Shown piece by piece: positions 29,770 through 39,212 of a stretch of 64,000 nucleotides of DNA. Source of the DNA: an uncultured delta proteobacterium (lineage in GTDB: Bacteria > Desulfobacterota > Binatia > UBA9968); assembly GCA_963737905.1 (NCBI GenBank), contig CAVTUQ010000021.1:29852-93851 (forward strand). Direction: 5' to 3'. Both the position numbers and the translations under genes were made by a program. Every line of letters begins with the position of its first letter. Positions within the stretch are counted from its first letter, which is position 1. Under the pieces are notes generated by a model. That model ran no database searches. It saw only the letters and a list, made by a program, of their open reading frames with translations, and had not been told where the DNA came from.

Positions 29770-31080
29770 ATGAAATGGAAAACACCGAAACTCTCCGCCA
29801 ACTTATCGATCTTGGGAAGAGCATCAAGTTCCGGTGTCGAGAAACTCAGCGATTCACACACGATTGAAACCGGCGGCGTCCTTTCTTCGTATCAGTTCCT
29901 GACACTATATTTCCCTGCGTTTATTCTCGCCCTGGGCTACAGTATCGCGACACCCGCCATTCCGGTATTTGCCAAATCTTTTGATACCGGTTTCGGTGTT
30001 GCTTCTCTCGTCATTGTCGTTCACGCCCTCGGTGGACTCATTGCGGCGGTGCCCACGGGTTTTCTTGTCGACCACTGGGGCCGCCGGCCGATGCTTTTTG
30101 CCGGTCCGCTGCTGATGGCGGCCTCATCCTGTCTCACGGCCGTGGCTCAGAGCTTTCCCGAGCTTCTCTGCTATCGCTTTCTCGGCGGTGCGGCGATGGA
30201 AATGTGGCGGCAAGCCCGATTGGCGATCATTGCCGACGTCAGTAAAAGTCGCCAACGGGGCCGGCAGATGAGCGGCATGGTGGGCACCGAAGGCGCCGGT
30301 AGGCTCCTGGGACCGGCGGTGGGTGGAATACTCGGTGCATGGAGCATCCGTTTGCCGTTTGTCGTCCACGGAGCGCTGGCGTTTCTCGCCATCGTGCCGA
30401 GCTTCTTTCTGATTCGAGAATCAGCGCCGATCGAAAACAAAGGATCTAGCAAAAACCAAGAGGATCAGCTCAATACGCGGGCGCTGCTGGTGATGATGTT
30501 GGAGGCTCGGTACCTGAGCTTTCTGTCCGCGCAGTTTTTCGCATCCATGACTCGAGGGGTACTGTGGGGAGGCACCCTGTTGCTTTACGCCGCCTACGCT
30601 TATGACGCGGGACCTCAATTATTGGGGGGACTCGCAACGACCAGCAGCATCGTCGGAATCCCGATCACACTTTCGTGCGGCTATTTGATGGACCGCTTCG
30701 GACGCAAAACCACGATGGTGCCGGGATTTGTCTTCATCGCATTCGGTCTCATGTTTCTTGCATCGAGCGCGCAATGGCACTGGACCCTTGCCAGTTTCAT
30801 CGCCGGCTTTCTTTGGATTCAAGGCGGCCATAGTATTACCGCCGGGAGCATGCAGGTGCTCGGCTCGGACATGGCTCCGGCGGTTGCGCGAGGACGGTTC
30901 TTTGGATTTTGGCGTCTTGTCGGCGAGATCGGAAGCCTCGTCAGTCCCGTTCTTTTCGCCCTGGTAGCGGAGCAGATGACATACAGCGCGGCGTTCGTTT
31001 TGTTCAGTCTTTGCGCTCTCGCTACCGCGGCGTTGCTCGCCTTTTCGGTCAGTGAAACGGTGGGGCGGGGAAAACTTTAG
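29770..31080 (+). CDS. MFS transporter
   Basis: 12 TM; GFLVDHWGRR and GYLMDRFGRK motif A. Start uncertain. Confidence 0.88.
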   Translation: MKWKTPKLSANLSILGRASSSGVEKLSDSHTIETGGVLSSYQFLTLYFPAFILALGYSIATPAIPVFAKSFDTGFGVASLVIVVHALGGLIAAVPTGFLVDHWGRRPMLFAGPLLMAASSCLTAVAQSFPELLCYRFLGGAAMEMWRQARLAIIADVSKSRQRGRQMSGMVGTEGAGRLLGPAVGGILGAWSIRLPFVVHGALAFLAIVPSFFLIRESAPIENKGSSKNQEDQLNTRALLVMMLEARYLSFLSAQFFASMTRGVLWGGTLLLYAAYAYDAGPQLLGGLATTSSIVGIPITLSCGYLMDRFGRKTTMVPGFVFIAFGLMFLASSAQWHWTLASFIAGFLWIQGGHSITAGSMQVLGSDMAPAVARGRFFGFWRLVGEIGSLVSPVLFALVAEQMTYSAAFVLFSLCALATAALLAFSVSETVGRGKL

Positions 31081-31144
31081 CTGAGCCCAGCGCGGCTACG
31101 CCGTAACCAAAGAGACAAGCCTTGCTTCACCACAGAGACGCAAC

Positions 31145-32686
31145 ATGAACTTATTACAATCCTCGCAAACCACTCATTCGAAACGCAACCTGGCCATTAG
31201 CGGTGTCATGCTGGTCATCTTTCTTTACGCCATCGATGCCACCATCGTCAGCACGTCGATGCCGACCATCGTCGCCAAACTAGGCGGGCTCGAGCTGTAC
31301 AGCTGGGTTTTCTCGATCTACATGCTCACCTCGGCGCTGACAACCCCGCTCTTCGGCAAGCTGGCAGATTTATTCAGTCACCGGCGTTTGATGCTCATCG
31401 GCATCGGCATTTTTGTCCTTGGATCGATATTGTGCGGCGCGGCGCAAAGCATGGAGATGCTGGTTCTTTTTCGCGCCATTCAAGGGTTGGGGGGCGGCGC
31501 GATCTATGCCTTGGCCTTCATCGTGGTCGGCGTTCTGTTTCCTCCGGAAGAACGCGCCAAAATGCAGGGCATCATCAGCAGCATTTGGGGGCTCTCATCG
31601 ATCCTCGGCCCTTTGGCCGGTGGACTCATTGTTGAGCATACAAGCTGGCGTTGGGTCTTTTTCGTCAATCTCCCGATCACGGCAATCTCTGTCGGCCTGA
31701 TCGTCGTCGGACTCAAGGAAGAAAAGGCCGAACGGCACGCGCCGAAGCTCGATCTCTTGGGGGCCGGGACTCTTCTCTTGGGTTTGATATTGATGTTCTA
31801 TGGGCTCTCGCACAGCGCCCACGCCAATCAACCGTTGAATGCGGAGCTCTTGTCCATCCTCGCTCTGTCTGTGGTGGTTCTTATTTTCTTCTATTTCCTC
31901 GAACAACGCGCCGAGGAGCCCATCATCCCCCTCGATCTTTTTCGTTTGAACCTTTACCGGACTTCCTCGCTCGTGTCGACGCTCGCAGCCATGGGGGTGT
32001 TTGGCGCCATCAGTTATTTGCCACTCTATCTCCAAGGCGTGCTCGGCATGAGCGCGTCGGGCGCCGGACTGATTTTGTTGCTTCTGAGCCTTGGATGGAC
32101 GGCCGGCAGCCTGATCGCGGGTCAGGGAATCAATCGATGGGGCTACCGAAGAGTCGCCGGCGCGGGAATGACCTGCATGGCGATCGGCTTCGGCATATTC
32201 GTAGTCATAGGTCATTCCGTCACGCTTCTTTTGGTACTGCTTGCCAGTTTGTTGATCGGCGTGGGAATGGGGACGGCAAATCTCACGACTTTGGTGGCGG
32301 CGCAGAGCGCCGTGCCGATTCGACGCATCGGCGTGGCTACTTCCACACTTATGTTGTTTAGAACCTTCGGCGGCGCCTTTTGTATCAGTCTCATGGGAAC
32401 GGTTCTCTTCAACCGCATGCAACAGGGCTTGGAGAAAATTGGCAGCGGCCTGTCTACAACGGTGCGTGACAAAGTCGCCAATCCGCAGAATCTGTTGGAA
32501 CCTGCGACGCGAGCATCGATCCCACCAGAATTCTTGCCGCAACTGATCGACCTCCTAGCCGATTCCATCTGGTACGCCTTCTTGACCGCGTTCTTGCTGA
32601 TGGTCATCGGTTGCGTGGTCAGTACCCGGATGGGCTCCTATACGCCGGCGAACACACCCAGGCCGGACGGGAAGCCCAGCAGGTAG
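31145..32686 (+). CDS. 14-TM MFS transporter (DHA2/MDR type)
   Basis: IDATIVSTSMPTI, GKLAD, RAIQGLGGG, WRWVFFVNLP, EPIIPL motifs. Confidence 0.93.
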   Translation: MNLLQSSQTTHSKRNLAISGVMLVIFLYAIDATIVSTSMPTIVAKLGGLELYSWVFSIYMLTSALTTPLFGKLADLFSHRRLMLIGIGIFVLGSILCGAAQSMEMLVLFRAIQGLGGGAIYALAFIVVGVLFPPEERAKMQGIISSIWGLSSILGPLAGGLIVEHTSWRWVFFVNLPITAISVGLIVVGLKEEKAERHAPKLDLLGAGTLLLGLILMFYGLSHSAHANQPLNAELLSILALSVVVLIFFYFLEQRAEEPIIPLDLFRLNLYRTSSLVSTLAAMGVFGAISYLPLYLQGVLGMSASGAGLILLLLSLGWTAGSLIAGQGINRWGYRRVAGAGMTCMAIGFGIFVVIGHSVTLLLVLLASLLIGVGMGTANLTTLVAAQSAVPIRRIGVATSTLMLFRTFGGAFCISLMGTVLFNRMQQGLEKIGSGLSTTVRDKVANPQNLLEPATRASIPPEFLPQLIDLLADSIWYAFLTAFLLMVIGCVVSTRMGSYTPANTPRPDGKPSR

Positions 32687-32693
32687 GGGACAA

Positions 32694-32752
32694 GAGTTTC
32701 GGGTTTCAGGTTTCATGTTGACTCGAGGTTCGGAACTCGAAACCCGAAACGC
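32694..32752. repeat. Inverted heptamer-array element
   Basis: (GTTTCRR)n ... GAACTC GAAACCC GAAACGC. Confidence 0.7.
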
Positions 32753-32836
32753 GTACACGCCGTTGACAGATGACGCCTGCTCCCTGTACAGAGAGTGCAG
32801 GCTCGAACATTGAGCTACTCCAGGAGACGAACCGTT

Positions 32837-34096
32837 ATGAACAATGAACCAACTGCAGAAGCGACAACTTCCACTGCACTTGGCGTGCAAATCCTCGATG
32901 CCACCGATCAACAGAAACGTCTCGCCCTTGGGCTGATCAGCACCTGTCATACACTCAATCATCTACAATACAGCATCACCTCGGTCCTCTATCCGGTGAT
33001 AATGAAAGAGTTGGGGTTTGGCCTCTTTCAACTCGGAGTGATCTCTGCCGTATCGAGTTTTGTCGGGCAGGGCCTGCAGGTTGTCTATGGATTCATCACC
33101 GGAATGTTCCGACGGACTGCTATTCTGGGAGCCGGCAATGTCATTGTCGGCATAACCGCTATGCTGCAGTATTTCGTCGGCAGCTATCCGCAACTCTTGG
33201 CCGCGCGCGTGGTCATTGATGCCGGTTCCAGTCCGCAGCATCCGCTGGGTTCGAGTATCTTGTCTCGCTATTACCCAAAGGCTCGCGGTTGGGCACTCAC
33301 CTTCCATCACTCGGCGGGCAATCTCGGATCGTTTATCGGGCCTGCGTTAGCGTCATTAGCCCTGCTCTATATGGGATGGCGAACCGCTTTCGTCGTCTTC
33401 GGGATTTTCAGTCTGGCAATGGGATTGACCTTGTTTCTGCTGCGAGATTACACGTCCGCTCCGGACGAACGCGAGGGCAAGAAGAGCATATTCAAAGCCA
33501 ACCTTAACGCTTATATTATCTGCCTCAAGAATCGTAATATTCTGCTCACATCGCTTGTCCTTATGGTGGGCGCTGCGGGAAGAGGAACCGGGATCAATGC
33601 AACTTATCTCGTCCCGTTTTTCATGGACCGGTTCAACATAAGCGCATCCACCGGCGGGATGCTTTTAACAGTCATGATGGGTGCCGGTCTCATTGGCCCC
33701 CTCGCCATCGCCTGGCTCTCGGACCGCACTGGCAAACGCACGTTCATCACTCAAGTGACCTTGCTCCTGTCGGCGATCATGACTGTCTGGCTGGCACAGC
33801 ATTCCAACTTGGGTCCGCTGTTTTATTTGAACTTGGTTTTCTACGGCGCCGTTGTTCAAGCTCGCGGAGCGCTCACGCAGACGATGATTGGCGACTTCGC
33901 CAGCGTCGAGCTGACCGACGCGGCGTTTTCGATCTACTATTTCGTCGGATTCGTCTCGGGACCAATCTGGACTCTGATCATCGGATACATGATGGAGCAT
34001 TACGGTTTTGCCCCCGCCTTTTACGTCGCTGCCTCGACGTACGTCGCCGGGATGCTCTTGCTGTTGCTGGTGAAAGAAAAACCCGCAAAGGTTTGA
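32837..34096 (+). CDS. MFS transporter (Fsr-like)
   Basis: 12 TM; HTLNH, QHP, ARGWAL and WLSDRTGK motifs; AGGAG RBS. Confidence 0.88.
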   Translation: MNNEPTAEATTSTALGVQILDATDQQKRLALGLISTCHTLNHLQYSITSVLYPVIMKELGFGLFQLGVISAVSSFVGQGLQVVYGFITGMFRRTAILGAGNVIVGITAMLQYFVGSYPQLLAARVVIDAGSSPQHPLGSSILSRYYPKARGWALTFHHSAGNLGSFIGPALASLALLYMGWRTAFVVFGIFSLAMGLTLFLLRDYTSAPDEREGKKSIFKANLNAYIICLKNRNILLTSLVLMVGAAGRGTGINATYLVPFFMDRFNISASTGGMLLTVMMGAGLIGPLAIAWLSDRTGKRTFITQVTLLLSAIMTVWLAQHSNLGPLFYLNLVFYGAVVQARGALTQTMIGDFASVELTDAAFSIYYFVGFVSGPIWTLIIGYMMEHYGFAPAFYVAASTYVAGMLLLLLVKEKPAKV

Positions 34097-34112
34097 TGAA
34101 AAAGGATCATCT

Positions 34113-34817
34113 ATGATTCGGGTTGCCTTTGTCATCGGCGGCTATCCGCCGGAGGAACATAAGCGACGAGCTGACGTTGCCCTGTCTTACGCCACTCAAG
34201 AAATTCAAGTGGGGATTGTCGACGTGGCGGCCAGTCCCTACTTTTTCGGGATGACTCCAGCGGAAATCCAGTGGGTGGCACCGGCGTTCATCGAAAGCTT
34301 CAAACGCGCGGAGAGAGAAGGTTACGATGCCGTCGTACCACTCGGCACCTTGGAGTTAGGAGTTGATGGAGGAAAGTCCGCCGTTGATATTCCGGTTATC
34401 GGTCCAACGGAAGCCGCCTTGCATGTGGCGTCTCTCGTGGGCGACCGGTTCGGCCTGATTATTTACCATCAAAGCCAGATGCCGTTTTTGCGCGCTATCG
34501 TGCGCCGTTACGGTATGGAACATCACGTGGTCGATTTTGGTGTGACGGGTTTCGATTTGCCGGATTTGGCGGCGCACCATGACGAGGTCGTCGAGAACTT
34601 CGTCAAAGAAGCCAAACGGCTTATCCAGCAGGGCGCCGAAGTCATCATTCCCATGGGGATCAGCCAGTGCCCTGTCCATATCAAACCGGACTGGCTTCAG
34701 GAGCAACTCGGCGTTCCCGTGGTCGAAGCCATCGGCGCGCCGATCCGAATGGCCGCTCTGCTCGCCGGTCTCGGACTTAAACAAAGCCGCGTGCGCTGGC
34801 CGAAATCGCGGCATTAG
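34113..34817 (+). CDS. Asp/Glu/hydantoin racemase superfamily protein
   Basis: AEREGYDAVV, VDIPVIGPTEA, GAEVII, LGVPVVE and GLKQSR..WP motifs. Confidence 0.85.
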   Translation: MIRVAFVIGGYPPEEHKRRADVALSYATQEIQVGIVDVAASPYFFGMTPAEIQWVAPAFIESFKRAEREGYDAVVPLGTLELGVDGGKSAVDIPVIGPTEAALHVASLVGDRFGLIIYHQSQMPFLRAIVRRYGMEHHVVDFGVTGFDLPDLAAHHDEVVENFVKEAKRLIQQGAEVIIPMGISQCPVHIKPDWLQEQLGVPVVEAIGAPIRMAALLAGLGLKQSRVRWPKSRH

Positions 34818-34828
34818 GCTGAGTGCGC

Positions 34829-34910
34829 AGTTCAAAGTTCCGGGTTCAAAGTTCAAGGCAAGAGACATTTTCACCTCGTGTACGTTGAACCCAACTTTGA
34901 ACCTTGAACT
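34829..34910. repeat. Inverted heptamer-array element
   Basis: 4x GTTCNRR ... TTGAACC..CTTTGAAC CTTGAAC. Confidence 0.75.
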
Positions 34911-34921
34911 ACTAGGGGGAC

Positions 34922-35913
34922 ATGGAAATGCACAGGCTAATTCGCTTGATTGTTTGTTGCTCTCTAGCATGGGGCCTGTGCCCCGAGGCTCGGCCGTCGC
35001 GTTGGAACGTATCGTTATCGCGTATCCAACGACCAGCAGCCAGTTCATCCCGCTTTGGTTCGCGCGCGATGTCGGCCTCTACGAAAAGTACGGTTTGGAC
35101 GCCCAATTAGTTTATATTCAAGGCGGCAGCATCCTTCTCCAGGCGATGCTTGCGGGGCAAGCCCACGCCGCCCAAAACGGTATCGCCGAAACGATGGTAG
35201 CGGTTCTTCGCGGCGGCGATGTCAAGATACTGGGCGTCACAGCAAACATATTTCCTTACAGCTTGATCGTCTCGAAGAACGTCACGAGCGCTAAGGAACT
35301 GGTGGGCGGTAGAATCGCCGTTAACCGACTCGCCGACGTGAGCGCGATCGCATCTAGGGTCGCTTTGCGAAATCTAGGGTTAAATCCTGATAAGGACGTG
35401 ACGATGCTTCAAGTAGGAGGGTCACCGCAACGGCTCGCAGCTTTGCAGTCCGGCGCCGTTCAAGCCGCTGCACTCGATTTCATGTCCGGACTTCGCCTTG
35501 CCAAACAGGGCTATGCGGTACTCGCGCAGGTGAGCTTGAATTATCCGTACTTGGGGCCCGTGGTATCAGCAAAATTTTTACGGGAAAACCCCGCTGCCAC
35601 CGAAGCCTTCGTCAAAGCTTTTGTTGAGGCTATAGCGCGCTTCAAGCGCAATCGTGAGGAAGGCATCAAGGCTTTGGCCCGCTACATGAAATCCAATGAG
35701 ACAGACGTTCTCAATAAAGCATACGACTTTATCGCCAACGAGTTTTACGCCGAGAATCTGGAACCCGATCCCAAAAGCTTTCAGGAGCTCGTCGGTGAGG
35801 TGAGCGTACGAGAACCGGTGGCGAAAAATGCCACTATTCCTCAGGTCTTTGATTTGACGATTGTCCGCAAGCTGGAAAAAGAAGGTTTCTTCAAAACCGT
35901 TTTCAAAAAATAG
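34922..35913 (+). CDS. TauA/SsuA/NMT1-family substrate-binding protein (frameshift in signal peptide)
   Basis: RBS plus MEMHRLIRLIVCCSLAWGLCP joins RGSAVALERIVIAYP by one base at the C run near 34981. Confidence 0.85.
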
Positions 35914-36058
35914 AAGTGCGGGCTGCTGTCAATTTCGCTGCTTCCTTCGCGCCCTTTACGGCCTTGCGCGAGCCCCCTCTTTGGTCTACCCCCTTAGCTA
36001 AGGGGGAGATTTAGTGGGGGTCGCCAGGATGCCAACTTTACTTCCTAAATAATGCCCT

Positions 36059-36877
36059 TTAAGTGTCTTTCTTATACGGGCCTTTTCCGGGCCGGTAGCT
36101 GCCTTCAATAAACTGTTTGATCCCCTGATCCTTCCAGGCGCTGTTCTGAAGAAATGACAATTGATCGCTCTTGGCGCCGCTGTAGGAGAGCGCGGCTTCG
36201 ATATCCGGGATCAGCAGGCTGTCGCGATAGGCTTCTTTGCATGCGCGGAGTGCTAACGACTGTTTAGCGCACAATTTCTCAACGAGCTTTTGAACTTCTT
36301 CCTCCAATCGCTCTCGGGGCACGGAGTAGGTAATCAAGCCGATCTCTGCCGCGCGTTTGCCGTTGAACTGATCGCCAGTCAGGATGTAATAGATGGCTTC
36401 CCGCGGGCGCATGATCGCCGATATCTGTTTGCTCACCGGTCCACCAGGAAAATGGCCGAAGTTGACTTCCGACAGTCCAAACATGGCTTCGTCGGCAGCG
36501 ATGGCGATGTCGCAACCGGCAACGATGGAAAACGCCCCGCCGAAGCACCAGCCATTCACCATCGCGATGGTCGGCACCGGAAAGGAACGCAGAATCCGAA
36601 CGCGCCATTCGAGAGATTTATCCAACAGAGCTTCGAACTCCATGCGATCCCGCTGTTCATAGAAAAATTCCTTGAGGTCTTCTCCCGCGGAAAAACTGTC
36701 TCCCTTGCCGGTGATGACCAAAACGCGAAGGTCCTTGTCGTACTTTAAAGCGCTGAGCAGCTCCACCATCTCATAATGAAGCTTCGGGCTCATGGCGTTT
36801 TTTTTGTGCGGCCGGTTCAAAGTCACGGTGACAACGTCGTTTTTACGGTCGACGAGAATCGTTTCGTAATTCGCCAT
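36059..36877 (-). CDS. p-Hydroxycinnamoyl-CoA hydratase/lyase-like crotonase
   Basis: NRP.K.NAMSP, AG.DLKE.F, PTIAMVNGWCFGG, FGLSE.N.G..PG..VSK, YYI.TG and QG.KQF motifs typical of HCHL/Ech. Confidence 0.85.
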   Translation of the reverse strand: MANYETILVDRKNDVVTVTLNRPHKKNAMSPKLHYEMVELLSALKYDKDLRVLVITGKGDSFSAGEDLKEFFYEQRDRMEFEALLDKSLEWRVRILRSFPVPTIAMVNGWCFGGAFSIVAGCDIAIAADEAMFGLSEVNFGHFPGGPVSKQISAIMRPREAIYYILTGDQFNGKRAAEIGLITYSVPRERLEEEVQKLVEKLCAKQSLALRACKEAYRDSLLIPDIEAALSYSGAKSDQLSFLQNSAWKDQGIKQFIEGSYRPGKGPYKKDT

Positions 36878-37076
36878 TATGGATTGCCCCCTTTTTCCAA
36901 CTATCTACTCCAAGCTTCATCAAAGCCCCCTCTTTCCCCGTTTGTCAAAGGGGGATTTCTGGATTCTTTGCGAGCTTAGCGTTATTTGCTCGGCGGGAGA
37001 AAATTTCTGGAACTCTTCCGTCAAACATTCTGAACGGAAGCTTTACAGATGTAGGCTGCGATAACCCACGACCCAT

Positions 37077-37786
37077 TCAGACATTTCGCGACTTGACCCA
37101 CCGGGCGCGGCTCTGGGACAGGCCCAAGCCCGCCAGCAGCGCCGCCATTCGAATGGGTGTGCCGATGCCTTCGACCACGGGTACACCGAGCTGTTTTTGA
37201 AGCCAATCGGCTTTGATATGCACCGGACATTGGCTGATGCCCATCGGGTAGATCACTTCCGCGCCCTGCTCGACCAGTCTTTTAGCTTCCTTCACAAAGT
37301 TATCCACGACTTCGTCATGGTGCGCAGCCAAATCCGGCAGATCAAAACCGCTGACGCCGAAGCCGACCAAGCGATGCTCCATTCCATAGCGTCTGAATAA
37401 TCGCGCGTGAAAAGGTAACCAAGCTTGGGTGATAGACCATGACTCCGAATCTGTCGCCGATCAGCGATGCGACGTGGAGACAGGCTTCGGTGGGACCGAC
37501 CACAGGAATATCGACAGCCGATTTGCCGCCGTCGACGCCCAGGTCAAGCGTGCCTAGAGGGCACCACGGCGTCGTAGCCTTCTTTCTCCGCACGCTTGAA
37601 AGCATCGATAAACGCCGGCGCCACTAGCTGAATTTCCGCCGGCGTCATCCCGTAAAAATACGGGCTGGCGGCGACATCGACGATCCCGACTTGAATTTCC
37701 GGCGACGAGTACGACAACGCCACATCGGCGCGTCGTTTATGCTCTTCGGGCGGATACCCGCCGATGACAAATCCAACACGAATCAT
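37077..37786 (-). CDS. Second racemase-superfamily paralog with two +1 frameshifts (error or pseudogene)
   Basis: Three ORF pieces align colinearly with 34113-34817; extra bases near 37560 and 37396. Confidence 0.8.
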
Positions 37787-37859
37787 ATGATGCCCTCTAC
37801 GGGTTGCGCCTGCACAGTTATGCCAAAAATCTGGGTGGCTTGCTCAAATTTCGGAGACG

Positions 37860-37979
37860 CACCACAGAGGCACTGAGGACGCAGAGAGGGAGAGTTTTAA
37901 GTAAAAAATCTCTGTGCACTCGGCGTCTCTGTGGTAAATCCCAGGTTTCAGTTTTTCGTTGCGGCTTTGCAGCGCTAGG
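37860..37979. repeat. Composite palindromic element with nonamer arms
   Basis: ACCACAGAGGCACTGAG ... CTCGGCGTCTCTGTGGT plus GTTGCGGC..GCGCTAGG. Confidence 0.75.
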
Positions 37980-38930
37980 CTACTCGATATGCAACAGCTG
38001 GCGCGCGTTGCCGCCGTATATTTTTGCCAAATCCGTCTCGCTCAACCCTGACTCCTGGACCACCCCAACGGCATGTTCAGTGTACTGCTTTCCCTCTTGC
38101 CCGAGCCCGAAGGGATAGTCCGTGCCGAATACGATTTGTTCGGAACCAAACATTCTGGCAACGCAGGCGACGATGGCTTCGTCAGTGGGTCCCGCCGTGT
38201 CGTAAAAGAGTTGGCCAAAATAGTGGCTGGGTTTGTACTGGCTTTTGCCCTCACGAAAGGCCCTCTCGATTCTACGGGTTAAAAAGGGGATGGCTCCGCC
38301 GACGTGGGCAGCAATGATTTTGAGGTTTGGATATTTGTCGAAGAAGCCTCCCAGCGCGAGTCTCGATAACGCAAAGGTCGTATCCACCGGTAGCCCAATG
38401 AGGTGATCGAGACGGTAAACGTTCCACTCTTTGGGCAACGGCCGCTCCAGCGGATGAAGAAACATCGCCAAACCACTTGCATTCGCATAGGCAAAGAAAG
38501 GCGCGAACTCGGGTTCATCCAGCGCGCGTTCTCGAATATGGGTGCAGAGAGTAATACCGGAGAATCCGGGGAAACGCCTTGCTCTCTCTAGCTCTTTGCA
38601 CGCCTGGTCGGCGTCCATCATGGGAATGGATGCAAACATCCTGTACCGTTCTGGATGCTTTGCGCATATTTCCGCGTATTCATCATTAGCGACCTGAGAC
38701 ATTTCAATCGCTGGCTGGCGATTTTCCCAATCGAAGTACTCGTACATCTGTGGCAATGATAAAACCTGTAACGTGACATTCCAGCGATCCATTTCACCCA
38801 AGAATCTATTCTCATCCCATTCCCAGATGCTTCTTATGGCAAGCGGTCGGGAAACGCTTTTTCTTAGCACTTTCGTAAACTCGGGCGTAAAGGCATGGGC
38901 GTGAACATCTATCCTCACCCCGCTCTGCAT
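37980..38930 (-). CDS. Amidohydrolase_2 (ACMSD/LigJ-like) protein
   Basis: IDVHAH, FLHP, AHVGG, FYDT and FGTDYPF motifs. Confidence 0.92.
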   Translation of the reverse strand: MQSGVRIDVHAHAFTPEFTKVLRKSVSRPLAIRSIWEWDENRFLGEMDRWNVTLQVLSLPQMYEYFDWENRQPAIEMSQVANDEYAEICAKHPERYRMFASIPMMDADQACKELERARRFPGFSGITLCTHIRERALDEPEFAPFFAYANASGLAMFLHPLERPLPKEWNVYRLDHLIGLPVDTTFALSRLALGGFFDKYPNLKIIAAHVGGAIPFLTRRIERAFREGKSQYKPSHYFGQLFYDTAGPTDEAIVACVARMFGSEQIVFGTDYPFGLGQEGKQYTEHAVGVVQESGLSETDLAKIYGGNARQLLHIE

Positions 38931-39212
38931 TAATTAATTTCGTTGCCATGAGCTTAGACCTCGTCATTGGATTATTCAAGCCCAGAGGGAAACGATAGCG
39001 ACACTCTGTCATCGAGGAGCGAGCTTGGAAGAGTGAAGGCATGGAGACGAACTGCTGCATTGCCGTGTTGGGTGCTTGGCTCGACCTTCGTAATTCTCCA
39101 AAGACGTTTGCTCGGCAAGTTTGGTTTGAAGGTTGATCCAAGCCACAGGCCTGTTGCCGTCACTCTGGAGAGCTTCCCCTCGATGCCTGTCACGCTAAAT
39201 AATCCAGGCTTG

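Noticed and set aside
29376-29867. 163-aa plus-strand ORF with a hydrophobic stretch
   Set aside because: It overlaps both the creatininase and MFS genes and has no recognisable motif; a short peptide within it cannot be excluded.
34579-34921. Long N-terminal extension of the 444-aa SBP ORF
   Set aside because: It overlaps the racemase gene and a repeat; the real start is at 34922/34928 with a frameshift.
16468-37979. CRISPR array among the intergenic repeats
   Set aside because: The units are short, degenerate or inverted, with no series of constant repeats and unique spacers and no cas genes.
38950-39210. Small gene between the SBP and the amidohydrolase
   Set aside because: ORFs exist on both strands but none has a clear RBS or family motif.
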